Source: Actinomycetota bacterium
GTDB lineage: Bacteria > Actinomycetota > Thermoleophilia > RBG-16-64-13
Direction of reading: 5' to 3'
Assembly: GCA_012523095.1 (NCBI GenBank)
Contig: JAAYJE010000033.1
Span: 10,612-74,611 of the forward strand
Length of the DNA stretch: 64,000 nucleotides
Below are positions 17,126 through 24,799 of this stretch, piece after piece; within the stretch, counting starts at the first letter, position 1, and each line of letters opens with the position of its first letter. The translations under genes were made by a program, and so were the position numbers. The notes beneath the pieces are model-generated. The model made no database searches, was not told where the DNA came from, and saw nothing but the letters and a program-made list of their open reading frames with translations.

Positions 17126-17146
17126 CCATCCGCCTTACAACGCAGG

Positions 17147-17563
17147 TTACGCGAGTCGCTCCTCCGCGATCCTGCTCAGGTGGAGAAGAGCGTTGCCTCT
17201 CTCCGTCAGGATAGCAGCCCAAGAGCGCAGCAGCTCGCGCCCGGAAGGCTCAAGTGTATAGGTGCGTCGCCGAGGGCCGGCGGAGCTCGGTTCCCAGGAA
17301 GAGCTCACCACTCCCGCCTCTTCGAGCAGTCGCAGGATGCGGTAGACGCTTCCCGGATCCACGTAGACCTGCCGACCTACAAGTTCGTGGACGCGTTCGA
17401 TGAGTGCATAGCCGTGCCCACTCTCTTCGATCAAGGCGATGAGGAGCGCCGTCTCGATCAACGAGCGCTTCTGCTCGCCGGCCGGAACGCCTGGGCCTCG
17501 AGGGCCCTGTCCTCCGACACCCTGGCCCCGGCGGCGTCGCTGGTATCCTCCCGGTCCCTTCAT
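17147..17563 (-). CDS. PadR-family transcriptional regulator with an Arg/Gly-rich N-terminal extension
   Basis: Core ALLIALIEESGHGYALIERVHELVG...VDPGSVYRILRLLEEAGVVSSSWE...RRRTYTLEPSGRELL is a PadR winged helix. The stop lies 22 nt before the TehA-like start. Confidence 0.8.
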   Translation of the reverse strand: MKGPGGYQRRRRGQGVGGQGPRGPGVPAGEQKRSLIETALLIALIEESGHGYALIERVHELVGRQVYVDPGSVYRILRLLEEAGVVSSSWEPSSAGPRRRTYTLEPSGRELLRSWAAILTERGNALLHLSRIAEERLA

Positions 17564-17698
17564 ATCTCTTCCTCATCTTGGGGTGCGCATGTGTACCTTC
17601 GAGCGCACGCGCATGGCCCTGCGCCCTGGTCGGCCCATATGTGCCTACGGGCGCTCCCGTCCGGTCGGCGGTCACCCGACACTTGGCCATATACTACC

Positions 17699-17733
17699 GC
17701 GGCGCGCCGACCGCTGTGGGGCCGGCGCGCCGC
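17699..17733 (-). terminator. GC-rich perfect hairpin (11-bp stem, 13-nt loop), terminator-like, no U-tract
   Basis: GCGGCGCGCCG (17699-17709) pairs with CGGCGCGCCGC (17723-17733), located just downstream of the DUF5320 gene stop. Confidence 0.4.
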
Positions 17734-17756
17734 GATGGATCCGTGGGATTCTTGGT

Positions 17757-18143
17757 CTACTTAGCGGTGGACTCGGACTCCAGATCTGTGAGGCGCTTCA
17801 TCACAAGATCCAGCTGTGCCTGTAGGGCGTCTGCCTGGTTCTTGAGCGCCTGCTTCTGCAACTGGGGGTCGGGCTCAGCATAGGGCGCCGGGTACGGATA
17901 GGGCGCCGGGTACGGATAAGGAGCGGCATACTCGCCGCCGCGCGCCCATCCGGGTAGGCCGGTGGCATAGTACATATTGCGCCATCCACGCCCGCCGCCT
18001 CCGTATCTTCCTCGGCCCATGCCGTAACCCCGGCCGAACCCGACATCGGCATAACCTGGGGCGTCGTAACCGGCACAGTATCCGGCGGCGCGTCCCGTCA
18101 TCGGGCCCGCGCCCCTGGGTCCTGTTCTATCTCCTCTTGGCAT
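17757..18143 (-). CDS. DUF5320-type small protein (MPRGD N-terminus, PYPYPA repeats, C-terminal coiled coil)
   Basis: Internal ATG at 18143 gives MPRGDRTGPRGAGPMTGRAAGYCAG..., the hallmark N-terminus I recall for DUF5320. The C-terminus LQKQALKNQADALQAQLDLVMKRLTDLE is coiled-coil-like. Confidence 0.7.
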   Translation of the reverse strand: MPRGDRTGPRGAGPMTGRAAGYCAGYDAPGYADVGFGRGYGMGRGRYGGGGRGWRNMYYATGLPGWARGGEYAAPYPYPAPYPYPAPYAEPDPQLQKQALKNQADALQAQLDLVMKRLTDLESESTAK

Positions 18144-18222
18144 CTTGATCCTCCCGTGTGTTCTTGTGTGGGTCTTCTGTGGTCGACGCAGATGGTTGAG
18201 TAGGTCCACGCAACGGACGCGC

Positions 18223-18417
18223 TCACGGCTCCCTGGTCATGGCCGCGCCACACTTGGGGCAGGGCTGCTGATTGCAGGGCTGCCCCTGCACATGAGCCTC
18301 CCGATGGCCACAAGCGGTGCAGATACATGATCCTCCTGGTCCGGCGGCTCGAGGTCCGCCCATATTTCCTCGGCCGCCCCCTCTCTGGGGAGGTCCGGTT
18401 CCGTCGCCTCTGGGCAT
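18223..18417 (-). CDS. small MPRGD-type protein with a CxxC...CxxC zinc-ribbon-like C-terminus
   Basis: ATG at 18417 gives MPRGDGTGPPQRGGGRGNMGGPRAAGPGGSCICTACGHREAHVQGQPCNQQPCPKCGAAMTREP, 64 aa. Confidence 0.55.
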   Translation of the reverse strand: MPRGDGTGPPQRGGGRGNMGGPRAAGPGGSCICTACGHREAHVQGQPCNQQPCPKCGAAMTREP

Positions 18418-18536
18418 GACGTACCTCGCTTTCGTCGAGCGGGACGAAGGACGCGTCCCATGCGTAGCTACATCATAGCACAACATAGATGCAATTAGCA
18501 TCTATTACCATGAACAAATTAGCACAAGCAATCGAC

Positions 18537-19280
18537 TCAGCTGCCGTAGGGGCAGTAGCGCTCGTACCCAAACAGGGCGGCAGCGCCGGCGATGGTGACC
18601 CCGTAGAAGACGGTGGGCTTGGCGCTCAGAAGACCGTCAAGGGTGTTGTTGGCGAGAGTGGTGCCCGTGACCAGTAAGACATCCGCCCAATCGAGGATCT
18701 CCTTCGTGTTTTCCACTCCCTCGATAAGCACTCCCGCGCGTTCTTGTCCTATGTTGTCCGGGTCCATGTCGGTCACGCGTACTGAGAACTCCGGCGCCAA
18801 GGCCGCTATCATCGCGGGCTGGAATCCGATAATCGCCAAGCGGGGCGACCCGAAGCGATCACGGATATATCGGGCGATGCCGTCGGCGCACTGTCTGGGT
18901 CCGTCGTCACGACAGTGGGCGGTATTCTCTGTGAGTCCCAGATGGGCCAGGAGGGCGTTGGCGGTCGCCACCACGAGGGCGCGATCGAAGTCTGTCAGAA
19001 GGGGCCTGCCGAGTATCTCCCCGATGGTGCCTTCGAAATGACCCGGTTCAGAGGTGAAGGCGTGACCTCGACAGTCGCGGAAACGTGCCTCCATCATGAA
19101 CTCCTTGCCCTTCAAGATAGGGAAATCCGTGCGCTCCGGCCGGCCGATGGCCTCATCGGGTGTGAGCGGACGGGCGGAAACCACCTCAACGGCCTCGGCG
19201 GTAAGCGCATGCAGGCGGGCCAACTCCAGTGCGCGGTGTCGGAAGCGCTCCAGCACCGTCTCGTCGTGGGACTCATCCAC
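18537..19280 (-). CDS. DUF364-like Rossmann-fold protein (second copy in the window)
   Basis: 247-aa ORF. The segment RLAIIGFQP...ADVLLVTGTTLANNTLDGLL parallels KVAVIGHFP...DYVFITGVTVTNKTLPRLI in the 10253..11131 product. Confidence 0.6.
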   Translation of the reverse strand: MDESHDETVLERFRHRALELARLHALTAEAVEVVSARPLTPDEAIGRPERTDFPILKGKEFMMEARFRDCRGHAFTSEPGHFEGTIGEILGRPLLTDFDRALVVATANALLAHLGLTENTAHCRDDGPRQCADGIARYIRDRFGSPRLAIIGFQPAMIAALAPEFSVRVTDMDPDNIGQERAGVLIEGVENTKEILDWADVLLVTGTTLANNTLDGLLSAKPTVFYGVTIAGAAALFGYERYCPYGS

Positions 19281-19482
19281 GGCACACCTCCCATAAGCTG
19301 CATACTGTTCTCGGGGTGTCTCTTAAGGTGTCGTCTGCATTCGCAAAGAGCCTACCATCGATAAGCGTCGACGAGGTGTCGGCCCCAAGTCGCGGTGAGG
19401 TAGCATAGACCGAGAGGAGTTGAGGGCGCCGCCGGCGAAAGGCTGCCCGGTGGGTTCCCGACGAGACTTGAGGAGGAAGACG

Positions 19483-19854
19483 GTGAAGATCAAGCGGCGC
19501 GAGGACGTGCCTTCGGTGGCGATGGCGGGATGCCCAGGCGTAGGCAAGCAGGTGGTCCTGGGGCCTGCCGACGGGTCGGAAGAGGTCGCACTGCGTTACT
19601 TCACCGTGGATGCGGGGGCGGCCACTCCGCACCATACCCATGACTTCCCGCATCTCGTGAGGGTAGAGGCCGGCCGGGGAGTGGCGGTGGACGGCGAGGG
19701 GAACGAGGCGCCGATCTCCGCCGGTGACTATGTGTACGTGGCGTCGAACGAGATGCATACCTTCAAGAACGCCGGCAGGACCCCGATAGAGTTCATCTGC
19801 ATCGTGCCGGGGCGCGGCGAGCCGCCGACGGCCGGTGGGCGGCGAACAGGGTGA
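19483..19854 (+). CDS. cupin domain protein
   Basis: GTG at 19483, 6 nt after AGGAGG. Cupin motifs HHTHDFPHLVRVEAGRG and GDYVYVASNEMHTFKN. Confidence 0.8.
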   Translation: MKIKRREDVPSVAMAGCPGVGKQVVLGPADGSEEVALRYFTVDAGAATPHHTHDFPHLVRVEAGRGVAVDGEGNEAPISAGDYVYVASNEMHTFKNAGRTPIEFICIVPGRGEPPTAGGRRTG

Positions 19855-19864
19855 GGTGGGCCAC

Positions 19865-21094
19865 ATGAATGACGAGCGTCTGGAGTCTCTGATGACCGAT
19901 CTCCCGGCAGCCGTCCGGAGAGCCAAGAGTGAGGGCGTCAAAGTGGTTGGCTACCTACCTGGGCCGTACGTGCCCGAGGAGCTCATCTACGCATCTGGGG
20001 CCCTGCCCGTATGTTTGGCATACGGTGGTGACGCTCAGGTAGCGGACTACGCTCTGTCTCTGCTTCCTCCCATCATCTGCCCGTTCGCGCGCGCCCAGGT
20101 GGGCGAGATGCTGCTCAAGAACAGGCCGGTCTATGACGCGATCGACATGGTGGTGGTCCCAAGCACATGCCAACACTACAGGATGGTCGGTGACGTGTGG
20201 GAACACCAAGAGTGGACCGACATCTTCAAGCTGGGGGTGCCTTACGATCCCAGAGAAGAGGTGTCGATGGTTTACTTCCGTGACCGTCTGTCCGACCTGT
20301 GGGAAAGGCTGGAGAACCTCACCGGCAAGAAGATCACCGACACATCGCTCAAGGAGGCGATCGGCGTCTACGACCGCTTGAGGGAGGCCCTTCGCAATAT
20401 CAGTCTGCTGCGTCGAAATCTGTCGCCTGGAGTGAGCGGCTTGGAGTTCATGAAGCTCAACCACGCCTCTTTGGTCGGTGATCCCCTGGCCATGGCCGAG
20501 GCCCTCGAGGTGTTCCACGGTGAACGTGTGGCCGCCATGCCCGACGAAACCGGCGTACAGGGAGCGGCCGGCGTACAGGGAGAGGCCTCCGGGCGGCAAG
20601 AGGCCGCCGCGCAGGGAGAGACCGACGACTCGCCCAGGCTGCTGCTCATCGGCCCCAATGTGGGTATCGGCGACTACGGGATCCTCGAGATGGTGGAGAG
20701 TGCCGGCGCGCATGTGGTCATGGAGGATGTCTTCGAAGGCGTAAGGGACTATTGGTGCACGGTGGGGCAGGATGGCGACCCGCTCGACGCCCTCGTCCAG
20801 GCCCATCTTGTGGACAGGGTGCCGGCGGCCTTCATGAGGTCGTCCACGGGTCCCAGGTTCGAGATGGTGTCCAAGATCATCCCCTGGTTCCAGGTGGAAG
20901 GGGTGATCTGGTACGAGCTGCTCTGCTGTGAGTTCTACGACCAAGAAGCGTACTTCTTCGAGAACAAGCTGCGGGAGCTGAATATCCCCATGCTGACGTT
21001 GGAATCGAACTACGACGATCTGCGCTCGGGATCTATTCGCACGAGACTTGAAGCGTTCCTCGAGGTAGTCCAGGGAGGGCCGGCCGATGCGTGA
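19865..21094 (+). CDS. 2-hydroxyacyl-CoA dehydratase / benzoyl-CoA reductase BcrB-BadD family subunit
   Basis: HGD-D family features (YVPEELIYASGALPV, ICPFARA, VVVPSTCQHY, GVIWYELLCCEFYD). ATG at 19865. Confidence 0.8.
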   Translation: MNDERLESLMTDLPAAVRRAKSEGVKVVGYLPGPYVPEELIYASGALPVCLAYGGDAQVADYALSLLPPIICPFARAQVGEMLLKNRPVYDAIDMVVVPSTCQHYRMVGDVWEHQEWTDIFKLGVPYDPREEVSMVYFRDRLSDLWERLENLTGKKITDTSLKEAIGVYDRLREALRNISLLRRNLSPGVSGLEFMKLNHASLVGDPLAMAEALEVFHGERVAAMPDETGVQGAAGVQGEASGRQEAAAQGETDDSPRLLLIGPNVGIGDYGILEMVESAGAHVVMEDVFEGVRDYWCTVGQDGDPLDALVQAHLVDRVPAAFMRSSTGPRFEMVSKIIPWFQVEGVIWYELLCCEFYDQEAYFFENKLRELNIPMLTLESNYDDLRSGSIRTRLEAFLEVVQGGPADA

Positions 21095-22505
21095 ACTGCT
21101 GGAGCTGTGCGGGTACGAGCCGCATGAGATCGACACCGAATCCGCGCGCGTGGGCAAGGCTCTGGGCATGGTGGGGATAACCGACGAAGACCTCCCGCGG
21201 GGCAAGGCGCGCATCAGCACATATTTCGACGTGGAGTTGTCCGGGGTGAGGAAGATCCTGGGCGCCCTCCTGAAGGACTTCACAGATGTGGTGCTGCTAC
21301 GGGAGCGCGAGGGGGTCAAAGTGGCGTTCTCGTTTATGGCGCCGGGTTGTCAGGTGTTGGGCTCCACCATGATGGCGAATCACGACAACGTGGCCTGGGT
21401 CAACGCCAACTACACGATCCTCATCGTGGTGAGCTCTATGTTCGACAAAGGCGCGGGCTTGATGGAAGCTGCGGAGAAGCTGTGGCTTCGGACCGGTGGG
21501 GTCGCCCATTGCGGTAATGTGAAGTGCGCCCTGGGGTCCTTGGCGTTGAACATGGTTCCCAAACCCGATCTGGCTGTGACGAGTGGGTTCCTCTGCGACA
21601 CTGGGGCCAAGACGATCGGGTTGATCCAGGACTGGTTCGGGATCCCGGGCTACTATGTAGACTGCTGGCAGGACCGTGAGCTCCGCGAGTTCCCTTATGC
21701 TAAGCGAACCACCAGCTTCTTCGCGAAGAGCCTGCGCACTCTCGCCGAAGATGTCGGCAAACAATTCGGCATCGAGATCACAGACGAGATGCTGTGGCGG
21801 AATCTGTCGGCCAGGAAGAAGTATTCGCAGGCCAAGGAGCGCGTGCATGAGCTGATGCGCCACAGCGATCCCATCCCCATGTCGTCCACCCATCTACACC
21901 TTCTTTTCGCGCTCGACGAGATTGTGCTCAAAGGTGACGAGACGGCGTCTCTCACTGTGGCGCTCGACACGCTTGCCGATGAGTTGCTGGAGCGGGTGAA
22001 CCAGGGCATCGGGGCGACGCCGAAAGGAGCGCCGCGCGTGCTCGGGGTGCTGCCCACCCATCATTCCGATCCCAGATGGGAGCACGTGGCCAACGAAGCG
22101 GGGATCGCTATCGCGGCTTCCGACTTCGAGTTCTCTTCCAGTCAAGGCCACGACGGAGCAGGCGTACTCGACCCGAACGATCCGTACGACCTGATAGGAC
22201 AGCACCTCCACTCAGCGGCCCAGCAGACCCTAGGGGGGAGACTGGCCATCGTCCTTGACGCGTGCAGGCGACTGCACCTTGACGGGGTGCTCAATCACTA
22301 TCACGTGGGCTGCCGGTATGTGGCGGGGGACGCGCTCCCTATAAAGAACGTGGTCACGAAGGAGCTGGGTATACCGGTGCTAACGTTCGAATGGGACAAC
22401 TTCGACCCCCGCAGCTACAATCACGAGCAGTACAGGGCCAATCTGGAGACGTTTCTGGGGATGATGGGGAAAGAAGCCAACCTGCCGGTCGGACCTCTCG
22501 CATAG
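21087..22505 (+). CDS. 2-hydroxyacyl-CoA dehydratase family subunit (second subunit)
   Basis: 472-aa ORF overlapping the previous stop by 8 nt. HGD-D-like regions include GFLCDTGAKT and LDGVLNHYHVGCRYVAGD. Confidence 0.75.
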   Translation: MRELLELCGYEPHEIDTESARVGKALGMVGITDEDLPRGKARISTYFDVELSGVRKILGALLKDFTDVVLLREREGVKVAFSFMAPGCQVLGSTMMANHDNVAWVNANYTILIVVSSMFDKGAGLMEAAEKLWLRTGGVAHCGNVKCALGSLALNMVPKPDLAVTSGFLCDTGAKTIGLIQDWFGIPGYYVDCWQDRELREFPYAKRTTSFFAKSLRTLAEDVGKQFGIEITDEMLWRNLSARKKYSQAKERVHELMRHSDPIPMSSTHLHLLFALDEIVLKGDETASLTVALDTLADELLERVNQGIGATPKGAPRVLGVLPTHHSDPRWEHVANEAGIAIAASDFEFSSSQGHDGAGVLDPNDPYDLIGQHLHSAAQQTLGGRLAIVLDACRRLHLDGVLNHYHVGCRYVAGDALPIKNVVTKELGIPVLTFEWDNFDPRSYNHEQYRANLETFLGMMGKEANLPVGPLA

Positions 22506-22579
22506 CCGCCGCAGGTAGTCCACTTCCCGGCCGATCTCGGAGGCGAGACAGACGGCTCAGGCCGGTCGAGGAACGTCTC

Positions 22580-22879
22580 CTAGCGCTTCAGTACCGTCTT
22601 CAGCACTCGCTTCGGGTCGCTCAGCAGGAGCCGCACGAACCATATGAATAGGCCGAGCGCAAGGACCGACAGGCCGACGGCGGTCGCCTGGGCGTCGATC
22701 TCGAAGAATGGGCCTCCCTCTTGCGCGTAGGCCATGACGTGATCCACGAGCCACATGAGTGTGGCTCCCCAGTATATAAGGCTGAGGAAACCGAGTTTGT
22801 ACCTATCGAACGGAGCGCTCACGTACCACATGGCGCCGGTGATCAGCGCGGCCAAGGCTGTGATCAGCAGCCACATCAC
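22580..22879 (-). CDS. small integral membrane protein (paralogous to the C-half of the upstream gene)
   Basis: 99 aa with 3 hydrophobic segments. Start overlaps the upstream stop (ATGA). Shares L....WG.T....L.(D/E)HV........PF with the 22876..23280 product. Confidence 0.55.
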   Translation of the reverse strand: MMWLLITALAALITGAMWYVSAPFDRYKLGFLSLIYWGATLMWLVDHVMAYAQEGGPFFEIDAQATAVGLSVLALGLFIWFVRLLLSDPKRVLKTVLKR

Positions 22880-23280
22880 GAGCCTCCGTCGATTATCTCA
22901 GCCTCGACTTCAGGCAGAGTCTTGGTCCGGGCCCTGAGCTCAGCCACCCCCACCATGATCCCCCAGGCCGCGATTACGACGGCCGTCATCGTCACTCCGT
23001 AGGTCAGGATCTCATGGAGCATGGGGCCGGTTTCTCCCGGGGTCTGCATCGCGGTAAGGAAGGGTGGCCAGGGCACCAGTTCGCCGTGCCACACGTGTTC
23101 CAAAGCCAGGAGTGCCGTTCCACCCCAAAGCATGGTGTTGAGCCACCGTAGTCTCTGAGACCATGTGCCCCGGACTTTCTGCGTCTGCTCCGGGGTTCGG
23201 CCGCCTTCTCGTTTCTCAACAACCCTCTGCACGACCGTCGTTACGATGGCCGTGGCGGCAGGTGCAACAAAACACGCCAT
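22876..23280 (-). CDS. small integral membrane protein
   Basis: ATG at 23280 (MACFVAPAATAIVTTVV...). The track's longer start adds a non-hydrophobic leader. Confidence 0.5.
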   Translation of the reverse strand: MACFVAPAATAIVTTVVQRVVEKREGGRTPEQTQKVRGTWSQRLRWLNTMLWGGTALLALEHVWHGELVPWPPFLTAMQTPGETGPMLHEILTYGVTMTAVVIAAWGIMVGVAELRARTKTLPEVEAEIIDGGS

Positions 23281-23418
23281 CTCGTTCCGCCTTTCAGGGA
23301 CACTCGGTGTAGTCGCAGCCGCGACCAATGGCACTGTAGCAAGCATGCGCCGGACGGGTCAAACCCGCCGCGCGGTGCGCCGGGGACAACAGGCCGGCCG
23401 GTGGGGCCGCCTGCTCAG

Positions 23419-23467
23419 CGGGGCCGCGTCGTCCGGCGGGGCCGCGTCGTCCGGCGGGGCCGCGTCG
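23419..23467. repeat. 18-bp tandem repeat, 2.7 copies (CGGGGCCGCGTCGTCCGG)
   Basis: Copies at 23419-23436, 23437-23454 and a partial copy at 23455-23467. It is intergenic, between the ligD-pol stop and the membrane-gene pair. Confidence 0.9.
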
Positions 23468-23470
23468 CGC

Positions 23471-24397
23471 CTAGGCCGTCGGGATACTTTGAGAGGGTCC
23501 GATCTCAAAATAGCCGCTCCAAGGGTCTCCCTCGAGCCGCCTGAGTCTGTTCGACACAGTTCTCACCGTGTGCGTGTCGGGTCGGATACGTCCGCTCAGC
23601 TCCGACCATCTCAACGGCACCGCGACCGTGGCCCTCTCCTTCGCTCGAGTGGAGTACGGGGCTATCGCGGTGGCACCTCGGTTGTTGCGTACGTAGTCGA
23701 TGTAGATCCTGCCTGTTCTCTTTGCCTTCGACATGTCGACGGTGAGTCTGTCCGGCGCTTCGCCCGCCGCGTTTTCGGCGACTCGTCGGCAGAAGACGCG
23801 GACCCGTTCCCAATCGTGCTCCGGCTTGATGGGGGCAACAACGTGCAGGCCCTTGCCGCCCGTGGTCTTGACGAAGCTCGACAGACCGGCGCTGCTCAGC
23901 AGATCTCTCACAAGGCGGGCAGCGTCCGCCAGCTCCCGCCAGGGGACGGCGGGATCAGGATCGAGGTCAAAGACGAGCGTGTCTGGATTCTCGATGTCGG
24001 GCCAGGTCGCTCCCCAAACGTGGATCTCTAGGGTTCCCATCTGGGCGAGGGCGGTGAGACTTCCCGCCTCGGTGATGGTGATATAGGGGGCAGGCCCGCC
24101 GGATTCGGGGATCGTGATCCGTGCGAAAGGCCCTGGGAAGCCATTAGAAGGGTGTTTATGGAAGAAGCAGACATGGACTCTGCGCCGCCCCCGGCGGATC
24201 TCGGGCGGCAGTTCGAGAAGACCTCCGGGACACCGCACCATCGACAGGGGCCTTCCCAGCACGTAGGGCAGCATGTAGGGGGTGACTCGATCGTAATAGT
24301 GGGCGAGGTCTCGCTTGGTGATGTGGTCGCGTGGCCAATAGACCCGGTTGGGATCAGTGAGGATGACGCCGTTCAGGGATTCAGAGAGGTCGGCCAT
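23471..24397 (-). CDS. ligD: NHEJ DNA polymerase/primase domain protein (LigD Pol domain, stand-alone)
   Basis: 308 aa. LTDPNRVYWPRDHITKRDLAHYYDRV...GRPLSMVRCPGG, LVFDLDP, KTTGGKGLHVV and IDYVRNNRGATAIAPYSTR are typical LigD-Pol/PolDom motifs. No ligase or phosphoesterase domain is attached. Confidence 0.85.
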   Translation of the reverse strand: MADLSESLNGVILTDPNRVYWPRDHITKRDLAHYYDRVTPYMLPYVLGRPLSMVRCPGGLLELPPEIRRGRRRVHVCFFHKHPSNGFPGPFARITIPESGGPAPYITITEAGSLTALAQMGTLEIHVWGATWPDIENPDTLVFDLDPDPAVPWRELADAARLVRDLLSSAGLSSFVKTTGGKGLHVVAPIKPEHDWERVRVFCRRVAENAAGEAPDRLTVDMSKAKRTGRIYIDYVRNNRGATAIAPYSTRAKERATVAVPLRWSELSGRIRPDTHTVRTVSNRLRRLEGDPWSGYFEIGPSQSIPTA

Positions 24398-24596
24398 GCG
24401 CCGGGTCCCTTTCCCGCTTCCTCGGCGACGTCTCGGCCGTCACCTCCCGCGCCGTCTTCCACCCCGTCCACGAAGTGCATGATGTCGACGTCCGGGTGGT
24501 CTCAGATCCGGCTGCCTCCAGATCGGTCTTGCCTAGTGATACTGGGATGGTCACCAAACCAGGACTGATGGCCCCTCTCCAAAGTGGTCGCGGCAT
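24381..24596 (-). pseudogene. ku: ku remnant (N-terminal ~24 codons retained, core deleted)
   Basis: ATG at 24596 gives MPRPLWRGAISPGLVTIPVSLGK, matching the Ku N-terminal consensus (M..iWkGaIsFGLV.IPV.l). The reading frame then loses all Ku similarity and stops after 71 codons. Only ~350 bp are available before the next gene. Confidence 0.5.
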
Positions 24597-24799
24597 ATCT
24601 TCTCCTGTCCGAGCGGCTGAGGATCCATGCACCCAGTAATGACGGATACCCGGCAACGGTCATCGGCACACTCGAAGTGGTTCAGGATCTTGTTGGCGGG
24701 CCTTGGTCGCGAGGGGTTCACGCACTATCATAGGGTCTCTATAAGGAAATGGGTTCGCCCGATCACGCAGAGCCCGGCTACCAACACAAGAGGGAACAC

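Noticed and set aside
19955-21319. 454-aa ORF antisense to the dehydratase subunit genes
   Set aside because: It is a shadow ORF. The plus-strand products have clear family motifs, while the antisense translation is low-complexity and Arg/Gly/His-rich.
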